A DNA stretch of 63,019 bases, counting the filler, from Lenisia limosa (lineage: Eukaryota; Protista; Breviatea): assembly GCA_001655205.1 (NCBI GenBank). It is 16 parts of 16 records of this genome, joined end to end, with 100 filler letters (N's around TTAATTAATTAA, not from the genome) between each part and the next. Parts side by side here need not be neighbours in the genome. Positions count along the whole stretch, not along the records: positions 15,569 to 32,530 come from LPNZ01005464.1; positions 32,631 to 33,964 come from LPNZ01011601.1; 14 more parts are not named here. One strand, given 5' to 3'. Shown piece by piece: positions 19,575 through 32,759 of the stretch. Made by a program: the position numbers and the translations under genes. A model generated the notes under the pieces. The model was not told the DNA's origin and did no database searches. It saw only the letters and a program-made list of their open reading frames with translations. Positions within the stretch are counted from its first letter, which is position 1, and each line of letters begins with the position of its first letter.

Positions 19575-22500
19575 CTCTCCTGCCACAACATCATTGCACG
19601 CCATAGCGCGGCAATGGGCCTCATAGCCCTCGGGGTGGGTGACAAGGTCTTTGAAACGCGTCGGACGGCCCAGCATTGCTGACACCAAATTCTGTCGCAG
19701 CTTCCAATGAAGGGCTTGGCTACCGTAGTACTGTGTAGTAAGTAATGTTATAAGGTTGAAATAATACTAGACAATAGAACGCGATCATCCCGCCTGTTGC
19801 GTACATGGTGAGCGACAGCGCGAAAGAACGTGTTTCCGTCTTCCGGGGTCATCACTCGCAACAGTGAATGGTTTTGGAAGAGATAAACTTCGAAGAGTTC
19901 GCTGACACGCTACATGGTAATTTTTTTTAAAAAAGCGATCAAAATTAAATGAGTTGGGCTCACTGTGAAGCCCGCGAGGCCTTGTTTTATGTCACAATCT
20001 TTCCAGTCCGCCTTCTTCTTATCACTTTTCTTCTTTGCCTTCTTCTTCTTCTCTTTTGCTTTCTTCTCCTCCTCCAACTTAGCAAACCGCTCCAGCTCCT
20101 TCTTCTCAGCATCCAACCTAGCCTTTCGCTCTGCTTCTCTTTTCCGTTCTGCCTCCTTCTGCCGCTGCAGCAGCTCTTCCTTCTTCTGCTCTTCCTTCTT
20201 CAACAGTTCTTCTGCCCGCAATCGCGCCTGTTTCTCCTCCTCCTCGCGCCTCTTCTCTTCTCTCTTCTTTGCATCTGCAGCTTTCTTCATCTTTTTCCTT
20301 TCCCTAGCTGCCAACTCCCTCGCTTCGTCAGCCAGCAACTGCTCAAGGGCCTCGTTGTGACTCTCTTTTTTCTGAACAATCAGCCGCCATAAAAAGCACT
20401 CAAGGATTCATAGCATTAGACCCGGGCTTACCGGCTGGGCTTTCTGCGTGGAGGGCGTGACGGAGGCACGGTGCATCATCAGTCTGGAGTCCGCGCTGCC
20501 AGCCTGGAGGGTCAGAACCGTATAAACTGAGCAAATCAGTCAATCATCCCTTCTTGGACCCAGCTATAATATATGATGTTGTCCACTCACGAATCTGGAA
20601 ACTGGGGAAGATATGTCCTTTAAGCTTAATAAGCGTTCCTAAATGATGAGTTGAAATCGGGTGGAAATCTGTTATTCGTGAAGCTGTTAGTCTTATCAAA
20701 CCTTGAGCTCTGTTGGGGTGAAGATTGCATCATCAAAGGGGTGCAAGAAGGGGTCATTGACATGTGTTGAAGTGATGAACTCTTGCACCTTAGTCAAAGA
20801 CTGAATGGTTAGGGATTGAAAGGGTCAAAAACAATAATAAATAAAAAAATAATAATAAAAAAAAAATAGAAGACCCGCAGACCCTGAAAGCAATTTCCGC
20901 CTTGACAGCGGATTCGCAGTGGGCAGCCTTGCGTGCATCACTCCCCTGCGACTAAACCGTAAAGCTTGGTGATGGCGGGCAAAAACCCAGTTCGACCGGC
21001 ATGGTAATTTGTTAATGGTATCCCTATGTATTTATTTGTTACCCTAGATTTCTAATGTATATATTATTTCTCTTGTTCAAAAAAATCAAACGTACCATCG
21101 TGAGTTGTTCGAAATAGGTGCAGCAAGACTTGCAGAGGTAAAGGTCGAAGTGGACAAGCTCGTCAAGGCACTTGGCCAGGGTATTGAGCCCCTTGATGCC
21201 GGCGGGCTGGGCGTCAGAGAAGAGATGGCGGTACAGGCGTTGGTAGAACTCCCGGATCTGCTGGTATGAGTTCTGTTGTGAAGGGATGCCTCAAAAGAGT
21301 GGGGTCAATGCCTCAATTTGAATATTCGAATCGTAAGACCTTATTGTTTGCTAGATTTTGAGACCCTACCGTCCCTTTATAGAGCTTCCCTACTGCCAAA
21401 AAAGACCGGTAAAATATCGATATTTATAGAGGATTTATCGAGAAAATCAGTCTTTTTGTGGGACCGTTAGGAAGCCCTAGTCTTTTACCTAAAACTCCCC
21501 TCAAAAGCAGTTCAAAGCCAGGTGCTATGAAACTCCCTCTCACTGAAGAATCTAGCTTGGAAAGCTCTTGGGGTAGCTGGATAGTTTTGGTGTAGCTCTT
21601 GGAATCGCTTTGCTGCTTGATCCCCATGGTTCTCAAGTCGGAAAAGAGAGAGGACAACTAAAGAGTGAGAATGGCCAAAAAAAGGCATGAAAACCGATGC
21701 GGCAACCCACTGCGCTTGTTTGCTTGGATTGTGATTGTCCCTCGAAGCTCCTGGCATGCAGGAAGTGATACCCTCGGAAGATGTTGTAGTACGCACGGCA
21801 TCGCATGCTTGCAGACTGGGGGAGAAGAGCAAGGCCATTTGATGAGGCTGAAGTGTGAACAAAAAATGATCTTTTCAATATATTATGTGGAAAGAGAAAG
21901 TTTAAAAAAGTATCAGACAAGCGACCACAGATATTGATTTTAGTATTACTAATTATTGATCCTTAGTTTTCAACAATTAAAATGGATTTCTTCTCACTTT
22001 TTGGGTAGTGGACTTTTGTAGTTTTCGGCGTGTTAATCGGGAGTGCCCCTTGTCCGGCGAAAGCTTGNNNNNNNNNNNNNNNNNNNNNNNNNNNNNNNNN
22101 NNNNNNNNNNNNNNNNNNNNNNNNNNNNNNNNNNNNNNNNNNNNNNNNNNNNNNNNNNNNNNNNNNNNNNNNNNNNNNNNNNNNNNNNNNNNNNNNNNNN
22201 NNNNNNNNNNNNNNNNNNNNNNNNNNNNNNNNNNNNNNNNNNNNNNNNNNNNNNNNNNNNNNNNNNNNNNNNNNNNNNNNAGCTCACATTCTGAAGAGCA
22301 TTGGCCATGTCCAAGTTGTGGGCTGTCTCCACCTCATTTCGAGCCTACTTTGTTAAGACTACCAAAAAAACACACATGTCAACATCCCCCCCTGCCTTGC
22401 CCACAACATCCCCTGCCTTGCTCACAACATCTCCCTGCCTTGCTCACAACATCTCCCTGCCTTGCTCACGCTTTCAATCGAAGACATGATAGACTTGTCC

Positions 22501-25500
22501 TTGAACGGCGAGGCAGTGATAGTGTAGGAGAGGGCTGGGACGGGGTTATTAACAAGGTCATCGGGAGCCACTGGTTTCTTCTTCTTCCGTCGGCTCCTCG
22601 ACTTGGTGCGTTTGCCGCCAGAAGCTGACTCGGCCGCTGAAGGGGGGTAAAGCAAGGAATCAGGCGGTGATAATGATGTATCAGCAAGCAGCAATATTGA
22701 AAAGAAAAATTACGTAATCCAGAGCTGAGAAACGAACACATCCTCCACTACCTATGTATACATAACAAAAGGAGCGTAATATGAGGTTGATCAGCGAATC
22801 CTTTATTACATAACCAAAATGAAATATTTATTCTCTTGGTTGATGAGGTTAATGAGACCGGAAGCCTACTGAGAGCAGCCAGACCTTCTTCTGCCATTTG
22901 AGACACCAAGTCCTTGCTGGACATGTCGTCTTGACTCACGGGCTGAATTTCAATCTGTGCAATGGGCTTCGGCGTTGTGAGGTACGGCGTGAGGGGTGGG
23001 CTCGAGCCTGTGGGTAAGCAATGTTGCAATACTGTTGTTTTTGAGGGTGTTTTTCTATGTGTACAGTCAACCGCCGGACTCTAAGATCCTTGTTTCAATA
23101 GAGACTTTATTCCAATATATAAAAAAAGTAATATGGGATAAGATTGGGGGTAAGCAATGTTGCAATACGTGATAGCAATCCACTCACCACTCAGAGCGGC
23201 CGCGTAGCGACGAGCGCTTTTCTGTCTTGCAGTCGAAATTGACGTGGGTTTGGGGCTATAGGTCTCATAGTCCTCGGACAACAGCGGGACCTTCTCGGAT
23301 GCCGGCAGTGAAGGGTCGTTGAGATAGGGCTTCGGCCGCTTCTCGACCGGGCTCTGTATCGTTACAGTCTGCAAACGGCAAAATCTACAGTGACTGAGAT
23401 AAGTCTTGACCAATTTACCTGAGGAAATCATTAGCAAATCGGTCAAGACTTCTCCTAGTCCCTGTATATTTACGCTATACATGTTGTAGAGATGAGAAAA
23501 TAATAGGCCCAAAGTCATCCATAACATTAACTATTATATCATAAGAAAAGATGTATTCTTTATCGATATAAAGAGATAACAATAAAATAAAATAAAAACA
23601 AGGTTAGCAATTTTGGATTCACTTTGGTTTGATAAATTCCAGAGCTATATTGATATTTTAGCAGTCTGCTTCGAACCAAAACACTCTCCTTTAGTCCCCA
23701 GTATGGCTTCCCTACGGTCCAAAAAAGACTAGTAGAATATCGATATTTATCGAGAATTTATCGAGAAATTCAGTCTTTTTTGGGACGTTAGGGAAGCCCT
23801 AGTCCCAAGTACAAGCCCCACCATTTCAAGGCCGCCTGGAAGACTTCCGCCACTCTGAAGCCACTGGGTGCGCGATTGTTGGGCCGGAATAACGTCAGAA
23901 AACTGAAACGTGCCTGGCAACATGCCTCCCATCGCCTGGGGTGGTCACGTCATACCATTAGTGTTCAGAGCACTGCAGCAAAGAAACAAAACATCCAATT
24001 GCTCCAAACCTGCCAAGCGTCTGTTGATGATCCTGTGGCGCAAGAGGGGACAATAAGAGGTTGTGGGGGGTTGAGCTGTGAAATCGGACTCACGAAGGGT
24101 GATGAAGAGGGCTAGATAATCATGAATGTGTTGGGGAGTCATGAAGGTCACGAAGCAAAGCTGTAATCTCCTACCGAGTATTCTTCTGCTGCTTCCGCCA
24201 TTGTGTGTTTCCTGGAAGGTAAGCGCAATATTTAGTGTATACATTAACCGGGATAGTCTTGACCAATTTTCCTTGGGGAATCACATAACAAATCAGTCAA
24301 GACTTATCCCGGTCACTGTATATAGTACGATAAAAAAGCTTCACATCATGATAGCACATCCCAAAATCAAAGAAGAAAGGGCCTACGCAAGGTTAGTGAA
24401 GATCCACGTGTTGCCTGACTCTCGACATCGGTTCCATCGCGCCACAAACAGCAGGCCAGCCCACAAGCCTTCGGTCCTCGTTTGGATCTCTGCTCGAACT
24501 TCGTCTGTGATCTNNNNNNNNNNNNNNNNNNNNNNNNNNNNNNNNNNNNNNNNNNNNNNNNNNNNNNNNNNNNNNNNNNNNNNNNNNNNNNNNNNNNNNN
24601 NNNNNNNNNNNNNNNNNNNNNNNNNNNNNNNNNNNNNNNNNNNNNAGAATGTACTGGAGAGTTTGAATACTTCTGGATAGCACCCTGCATAATCGACTTC
24701 ACCACTGAGTCGCTGGCAAACGTCGAGTCTGAGGCAAACAGTTCTGAAGAGTAAAAAACCGAGTGGAGTGCCCGGGTTCGTTCAAGCCACACCCACTTGT
24801 CATATAGTCAGTGAGGACAAACACAGCGAAGACCTCGAGAAACGTTGCGTGATCCATGTCCTCGTGCTCGTCAGGGTTCTCACAAAACTCCTTCACCGAT
24901 TAGATACAATAGAGTGCAAACGAGTCCTTTTTTTGAGATTTATATATTTATTGCCCCCCTCCCCCGCTCACTCGAAAGAGGAACTGCATTGCTTTGGTAA
25001 AGTATCCTTCCCCAATGGGTCGAGGAATTTCTGGAAGTATAAGCCACTATATTCATCTCTACAAGAGTATCAAGAAATTTTACCTGGTGCCCCCCTACTT
25101 CCTTCGGAATTCAAAATTTCAGGACAATGGTGGGAGCGGCGATGGAGGGAGAGCTGCTCATTCAATTGAAGTTTCAGCCTCTTCGAAAGCTAAAGATATG
25201 AGAAAAGTATAATTCAGAACTTATCATTTGGTATCAGAATAAAGCTCAAATTAAACTCAGAAGAAACCACAACAAATATGCACATACTACATTCCTCCAA
25301 CGGTCAATCCTACTTATTCACACAGCAATAGGACCTGTATCCCCTTATTACTTGCGTGAAAGTTGGGGACGAAACGAAGTCTCTGAGTTGCTCTTCATTA
25401 GCCAGGATCGATGGGCTGAACGGAAGTGCTTTGTTGCCTTTGAATTCCTCCATGAAGGCTTCGGCCTGAGGGTGATTACTTGATATCGGGCATAAGAAGG

Positions 25501-25785
25501 GCTGGGGAAAAGGAAGAAGCTCTGAAAACTGCTCTGAACTTTGAAGCAGTTCCCACTTACAACGACAAAAACCGGCCTAAAAGAGTTTTCAGCCCCTCCC
25601 ACCTTCAGAATCATCTGTTTTTGCTTCCTCTGCTTGTACTTCACAGAGAGTTTCATCAACAGAGAATGGGAAACAAGATTTCGATTGGCTTCATCTAACC
25701 AAGTGGCAGAATCCCCATCAAATTCACGCCAATACTTGCCAGAGGGAGCTTCAGAGGCGCTGACCTCAGTACTCTGCTCTTTCAT
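19575..25785 (-). CDS. Large multi-exon protein with K/E-rich coiled coil and C-terminal OTU-like domain (may be more than one gene; 3' end not seen)
   Basis: Linked exons from about 21630 to 19575: ..QQIREFYQRLYRHLF..|KKESHNEALEQLLADEARE(K/E-rich)..|RVSELFEVYLFQNHSLLRVMTPEDGNTFFRAVAHH|YYGSQALHWKLRQNLVSAMLGRPTRFKDLVTHPEGYEAHCRAMACNDVVAGE. Upstream exons to an ATG at 25785 are less certain. Confidence 0.6.
22385..22470. repeat. Intronic tandem repeat, about 21-bp unit x4
   Basis: CCTGCCTTGCTCACAACATCT(C) repeats. Confidence 0.8.
23388..23464. mobile_element. Tc1/mariner-like MITE (77 bp), exemplar
   Basis: TA|CAGTGAC(C/T)G(G/A)GATAAGTCTTGACC...GGTCAAGACTT(A)TCCCGGTCACTG|TA. Copies at 1278-1389 (duplicated right end), 5687-5735 (runs into gap), 24242-24318 and 61578-61654. 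Confidence 0.85.
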
Positions 25786-26195
25786 GATGGTTTCTACTTT
25801 CTTACATCATTTCTTCTAAACTTTTACTACTAAAATAGTCTATTAGCGATGGGCTTAAGTGTCAAGTCGACTACAATTGAACGCTTTCCTAACAAATACG
25901 GTTTACTTGGACATTATGCTCAAGAAAATGGATAGTACTAATAAGATTAAGGTATATACAATGAGATAATGCGAAAGATAGTGCTTTTATATTTTTGAAA
26001 AATCTCATTTTTTAAAAGGGTACCCCGGAACCCGGGTACTATAAATAGGTTTTTTGAAACCACAAACGCCTGCGACAACACCATCTTTGTTAGCTGCATG
26101 TAGAGAAATCTAAATAATATTCTAAAACACAAACAAAGAAGTACTTTTTATCCAGTTTCGGACAACCACCCCCTTTCTCACAGTTCTTGGCCAAA

Positions 26196-29100
26196 ATGGC
26201 CTTCCTCGCAGTTGCTCTTGGCATTGTCATGATGATGATGCAGGTTTTGGCAACTGAAGATGTGAGCCATGTGTGCATCAGTAACGAGGTTCCAGTTTTC
26301 AACCAGATCGTTTTCGAGGACCAAGGTGGGGGGTTGCAACTGCAAAAAGTCGCTGTAGTATTTTGTTTTGGTTTTCAACATTTGAAACTTTATTTATCGT
26401 TTGAATGACATTAAGTTCACTGAAAATTTTCAGAATATTAAGGGGGAATGCAAATTTTGACTTTTGCCTTGCAATTGGTGGAATTACAAAGGGTTAATAT
26501 ATTTAAGGAAACTGCTTTGACGTGTACTCTGAAGGGCTAAATTTCTCGGAAGTAATGCCACAATGCCCCGGATCTGTTCGTTACAGTTCTCTTGTGGGGC
26601 TGGGTGTCAATATAGCTGAATTAAACGTTCCATTCCAAATTGGGATATGATAATGACATGATATTGTGGAATCTGACTATTACAGGAATCTGACGACCTT
26701 GCACTTGGTCTTTCTCGTGCTAAATCCTGGGACTCCGCTGTCGCTTTGCTCAGAAAAGCAACCACCAAGTATTTGGGCAAAATTTCTGCCACATTCCATT
26801 ATCGTGACACGTTTATTTCCAGGTCCGATAAGCGCTCCGATGAGACGACAGTGGCATGTCGCTCTCTTGGCGACGATGTCCGCTACGATGCAACAATCGT
26901 GGGGATGGGGGAATGATGCAACAGTTGTGGGGATGGGGGAATGGCTGGACTGTTAATGTAATTTGCTTAGTACACATCGCCCTACTGTCCCCACTTATCG
27001 GGCAACACATGTATCCTCTTCCATGGCATTGACCTAGCAGAGGTAGCCTATCAAACTACTTTGTAAGCTGTTCTCTGCTCGTGAATTTTGATGGGCTTAA
27101 CTTCCACTATTAATTTGACAGTTGTGGTAACGGTTCCCCTGTTTCTGATTTAAACTCGCCATGCGCTATTGCAGTCAGACACCAGGTTAATGGGTGTGGT
27201 ATTGGAACAGAGATATGTAGAGGATTTGACAGTACACCTGATTATCTAGATCTGTGGAATGTTCGCATTTGAGAGTCAGGAACACATGAATGCTCATCAC
27301 ATTTCCAGCGAGACATACAACCCCATCAATGTTCAACTGTGGAGGTATTTTGGAGGATTTAAGCGAATTACTTCTGCCACAATATTATGATTTACAACGC
27401 AGATACTGTCAGGTTGGATGTGAAGCTGTTCTGAAGGACCTCAATTGTGCCAAACCATCCACAAGTAGGCCACTGCCTTAAGTAACCCACAAGGTATTGT
27501 TCCTCCTTCTCGTTTGGAATGTAAGGCAGGTACCTGTGCAACTTGGGCGCAAAATAGTGGTTGGTGTGGATTCATTAACATCGGTATTTGATTTGGCACT
27601 GACTTATTGAGACGTGGGAACAACAAACACAAACAGCTGTCCGAATGGCAAATGTGTGAATTTAATTGACCGCGCTGCCCTCACCCGCGAGGTATGAGGA
27701 CTGATAATGTTCTGTTTTGGGATAAACAGTTCGGTTGGGGTAGCCAAGTACACCTAAAACAGTTGGGGTAACCAGATGCTTTTAGTTGGGGTACCAGGTG
27801 CATTTCTCTCTGACTTGCCTTTTCAGGATAGCGAAGATGAAAGCAATGGAGTTGGGTTATGTATGGAAGCGTGCACTACTGCTGAAGATTGCCGTGGAGG
27901 AGCCCCAGGTGCTGAATGGCAGTGTGATGACGTCAGCATTATCGGCTTTAAAAGTGGGAAGATGCATCCAAACACAACTGTTGTTCTTGTTATTAATTGA
28001 TTTTCAGCTGCTGACAGTTTGAGCAAAATGGAACAGGCTATTTTATGGTACCTCTCGTTAGCCTCTATTGTTGTCCTTCTGACCTGTGAGGGGTTGGCCT
28101 TTTGAGTGCCTTGTACTGAACTGTATAATATAGCAATGAGAAATAAAGAAATTTAAGATGTATCTGGCCGAAGCCGTCCACGCCNNNNNNNNNNNNNNNN
28201 NNNNNNNNNNNNNNNNNNNNNACACTTATAAGAGATATTGGATTATAGTATGATATTAATTCATCCAATCATTTGCCTTACAATTCTGTGCACACATCTT
28301 TCTGCGTGCCTCCTCAGTATAGAGCTTCACTTCGGTTCGAAAAAAGACTGAAAATCTCGATAAATCTTCGAAAACTATATGTACCGGTATTTTTCGAACC
28401 GAAGTGAAGCCCAAGCTATAATTTAGGTTTTCTTCTGTGTTTTTTTAGTGATGAAACAATAACTAAACCTACAGGCTGTATCTTCACATATGGTGTTTAC
28501 ACTAAAAAGTTTGGGGGTAATTTTATTCTGCTTCTGTTATTTCTTCAGGTGTTTTGTTTAATCTAATGGCGCAGGCTGTCGTTTGGTCGTAATCGGAGAA
28601 CACAGCATTACAGCCAAGTAGGTTCATATCCCCAACTGGTAACATACCATCCGAGTTAACAGCCTATGTTTTAGGTTGCCTACGATGATGCTGATGTTTC
28701 TCTTCTTGATGAAGACGGAACTCCCAACACCGAACGTGAGTGCCTCTCACATTTTTATCAAAAAAAAAAAGGGCCATATTATTGTATTGTGATGTGAATA
28801 AATATTATGATGATTGAATAAAATGAAAATATTTTAAAAACAGTTTGGTAAACACCGAATACTTAAGTTTGTACTCTGATGAGAAAAATAAGTTCTTACT
28901 CTGATGTAATTCCTCAACTAGTATAATATGGTTTTTATCAGCAATTTAATTTTTTTTTATTTTTTTTTGTGTACCAAAAGTACAACATAATGCATACGAC
29001 AATTTGATTTTATATTTTCCTTGCAAAAAATGGACAATTTTGAAGCCCTCTCATTGCCCTTTTCAGACGGGGCCGGGCCCTCGGATCCGACTGAAGTCCA

Positions 29101-29237
29101 CTCACATTCGGATCACCAAGGTTGGCCAAGTTCAGGTTTATCAAATAATTGTCAAATAAGTCTCTTATGATTTAGAAGAGGAAACCGAGCCTTCAGAGCC
29201 CGACACAGACCTCCCCACCGAGCCTTCCCTCGACTAA
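26196..29237 (+). CDS. Cys-rich type I membrane/surface protein
   Basis: Signal-peptide-like MAFLAVALGIVMMMMQVLA, Cys-rich exons (CPNGKCVN; GLCMEACTTAEDCRGG..WQCDD), TM-like AILWYLSLASIVVLLT, and an acidic tail ending EPSLD*. Confidence 0.65.
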
Positions 29238-29326
29238 CGTTTTTCAGTTTTGACGGTGTTTCTAATGTACAGTATTATTCTTTTGGAAAGGGAAACATGG
29301 TTCATAATAACTTAAAACAAGAAACA

Positions 29327-32300
29327 CTAGAGTTTGGTATGTTTGGCACGAACAAGAAGAGCTTCACTCCGACGCAGTAAAGTGATTTTTTCAGACTTGT
29401 TGATCTTGGGGGCAACACTAACCATTCCGAGACAGATACTTGCCTGAACAGTCAAAAGAGACAGGACGAAATGCAATTCATTCGTTGTGTAATGCACTAC
29501 AGCTCACCATATGCAAACGTCGCCTGCTGGATGTCATATCTCCGATCACGAGATCAACATCAGCCTGAATGGTCAGTTCCTTTGAAACTCCAAAATAACT
29601 AGCCATATCGAACACATCAATAGCACAGAGACTCATGTAGCCCTTCACCTGTTCAGCCATGACTCTCGCGTATCTAAATAGCAGAGTGAAAGGGTTGACG
29701 GCCGCAGCCTCAGACGCCTCAGAAGAAGAGAGAAGAGCGCGGGCCTCCTGGGCGATGCGAGCGTTAGCCGTTCCCGCCTCCATTATGCGCTGAACTGGTG
29801 CGGTGACTCTTTTGAACAAAAAGATACACAGTTTGAGGTTTCGGAAATGCCTATTTATTTGGGCTTCACCGTGGAGGTGAGAAAAAAAATGTTGAAGGTT
29901 TATCGGTATTCAAGCATGTGCTTACTCATTTCTTGGTGGTGAACCTCGGTAGCCAACTGTCGCTCGGCCTGAAACGTCAATGCAATCATTGCATATATAA
30001 ATATATTATATAGTATAATACTATATGCATATCATATACTATATGTATATGTAGAGATATAGCAATGAGAAAATAAAAAAAAGTTGTATCTGGCCAAAGC
30101 CGTCTACCATCATGCTTAGAGATCAATCATTGCACACCTGGAGCAGCACCGAAGCGAGGGCCGCAAGACTTGTGATGTGATGTCCGTCGCTCCCGGGTTT
30201 ACTCAACAACTCACTGCAAACCTAACCGGTCAAGACGAATAAGTCTGTGTTATTGGTCAAGACGAATAAGTCTGTGTTATACTGTATCGTGAGCTTTGAT
30301 GCAAAAGTTGTCCAAAATCCACCAAAGCCCAAAGCCATCATTTACAAGTTACAAACATAAAAATGACTTGATTAAATACCTGCCTTATTGTGAATCACAT
30401 ATCATATTGTCTAACTAAAAATTCCTTCTTTCGAATAAAAAAAAAAAAGAAAAGAAAAGAAAAAGCATATCCGCAAACAGCAAGCACCACGATTCCAGGG
30501 GAGTTGAAAACGACTCTGTCGGTGGTGTGAAAGAGGTCTTCCGGAGCATTGAAGGCCAGAGCGTTCCATAGCACATTATAGCATTCCGCTTCGGTCGGTA
30601 TAGATGGGGCTAGAGGATAAATTGGACATTAACAGGCCTACTTAAACCTGAGCTACCAAGACTGGAGACGGGTGACATTTTGAGGGGTACTGAGGGGTCA
30701 AGCGTAAATGGATATCTGATGGATGGAGCTATTCATGAACATCCCTTGCATTACGTTACCACCATACTTCCGAAATTAGAAATACTCCGGGAGTAGAGAT
30801 GGTGAGCAAATGTTAAAGACCAGTCCAGCAGCCACGAGAGGTCCACTGACTGAATGGGTTAGCTCTATGTTATATAAAACTATTACATATTTTATTCGTC
30901 ACACTTCGTTCAAAATGTCCCAATCGCATAATCACGCTGTTCCTTCAAGGTTAAATGTTTGGGGATTCCATTGATTCTGTATTTTATTTGTATGATGTAG
31001 TGTCTTTTGCAATACATAAACCAGGAAGTGACAGTTGACCTCACCAGAGGAGACGCAGATGGGGTGGACATGGATGAGTTACTGGCGTGAGAGATGGGCG
31101 TGGGATTCGAGCTTATCGGCGTGCTACAGAATAAGACATTCAAATGTCTCTTTTATGGGAGCAAGAGAATAGCGGGCACCTGTGGTGGGAGGAAGAGACA
31201 TGCTGCGGAAGGGGAGTTGCATGTACGAAGTTGGGTGTGAACGATGTGGTGACGGGGTGCGAGGGCGGCGGCACAAATGCTGAGAAGTGAAATAATGCGG
31301 ATCGTCATGACAAGCTTTGCCCTACCTGGAGAGGAGGCTGGGAATGGGGTGAAGGGTTTTGGTCGTGGGGGCAGACCAGACGTGGGAGGAGATGACGGTA
31401 CCCTGCTTTGTTATCATAGAGTATGAGAAGTCTTTCACTTAATAAAAGACCAAAAACACCAAAACAGGGTTCCGATAATCATCAAGGGTTAGGGTTTCAC
31501 TTCGATTCGAAAAAGACCGTTAAAATATCGATCATTTTCGAGGATTTATCGAGAAATTCAGTCTTTTTTCGAACCGAAGTGAAGCCCTATCAAGGGTCCT
31601 ACAAATAAAGTTCCCACCTTTTTGGTAGTTCCGAGTCAGGGGGAAGGAACCCCGATGTTGTTGAGAACCCCGTAGTGGTAACTGCTGGGCGTGAGCGGCT
31701 CGGCTGCTGACTTAGCGAGGGGTCTGCGGCCTGAAAATAACGTCAGTTGCAGGGTGGTTCAAAATGAGACATTCAAAAAGGAAAACAAATAGTGCTTCCC
31801 TGCGGTCCGAAAATGAACTTCAAAATATCGATATTTATCGAGGATATATCCAAAAATTCAGTCTTTTTTGGGACTGTGGGATTTCCAAGCCAAATGAAAA
31901 GGCATACACGTGCACAGTCCGGGAAGGGACACGACATCGGCTTCGGAGGACCCACGGGGAGAGCCTTCCGGGGAGGCTGGTGCGAGAAGGCCATTGCCCC
32001 CAGCGGCGCAACCTGGATCATGAGATCCGCAAATGCAATCAAAACTGCATGTAGCTACATTGCAGGATGTGGAAAGGAGAGATGAACAATGAGTATTTGA
32101 ATATGCTAGTGTCCAGAAAGTATGGTAGATTTGAGTCGTACCTGATATGACGACGCAGACGCGTGTGAAGACGAACGTCCGCGGCCTGGCATCATCATTG
32201 CTGGTGTCGACTCCGGACTGAACAATGAGCACTGTAAAACAAGCATCAGAATAGCCGCCCTCTACCTGAGATAATGACGTGGCGGCGACGTGGCGGAGTG

Positions 32301-32517
32301 AGCGCGCGGCCGGGCCACAGGCGAGTCCGAAGCCCTACCAGTGATGGTTCTTGGGAGGCTGTGGAACTGATTGGACGACGATTCCAGCGATGATGCGTGT
32401 GTCTAAACAGTCAGTCTAGCTTCTCTGGACGACGCCTACCACAGCCCTCGTATCTCGCGGCGATTTCGGCGGAAGTTCGCTGGATGGTGTTCGTCGATGG
32501 CCGCGACCGCTGGGCTA
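29327..32517 (-). CDS. Hypothetical multi-exon protein (S/P-rich N-half, helical C-half)
   Basis: Phase-compatible exons such as ELLSKPGSDGHHITSLAALASVLLQ|AERQLATE, a long exon at 29478-29819, and a terminal ASICLGMVSVAPKINK..HTKL*. Confidence 0.5.
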
Positions 32518-32759
32518 GGGGGGGGGGGGGNNNNNNNNNNNNNNNNNNNNNNNNNNNNNNNNNNNNNNNNNNNNTTAATTAATTAANNNNNNNNNNNNNN
32601 NNNNNNNNNNNNNNNNNNNNNNNNNNNNNNGCCAAAAAACACCAAAAAGGGGTGTGTATTACAGAGAGCTGAAACGACACCAAGAAACAATAATATAAAA
32701 TTATGTCTTAGCATTGCGGAACAGTATTTAATATATCAAGCAGTTTGGAGTCATGTACA

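Noticed and set aside
19949-20392. Plus-strand hydrophobic ORFs (L/F/S-rich)
   Set aside because: They are antisense shadows of the K/E-rich coiled-coil exon on the minus strand.
20590-20700. Apparent in-frame TAG (ISTRFQLII*ERLLSLK) suggesting UAG reassignment
   Set aside because: The TAG is the 3' splice site of a roughly 65-nt intron. METTL1 also ends at TAG at the expected position, so the standard code fits.
31895-31935. CPFPDCAR as a C2H2 zinc finger
   Set aside because: Splicing at CGT|gtatgc joins it to an S/P-rich exon with no His pair.
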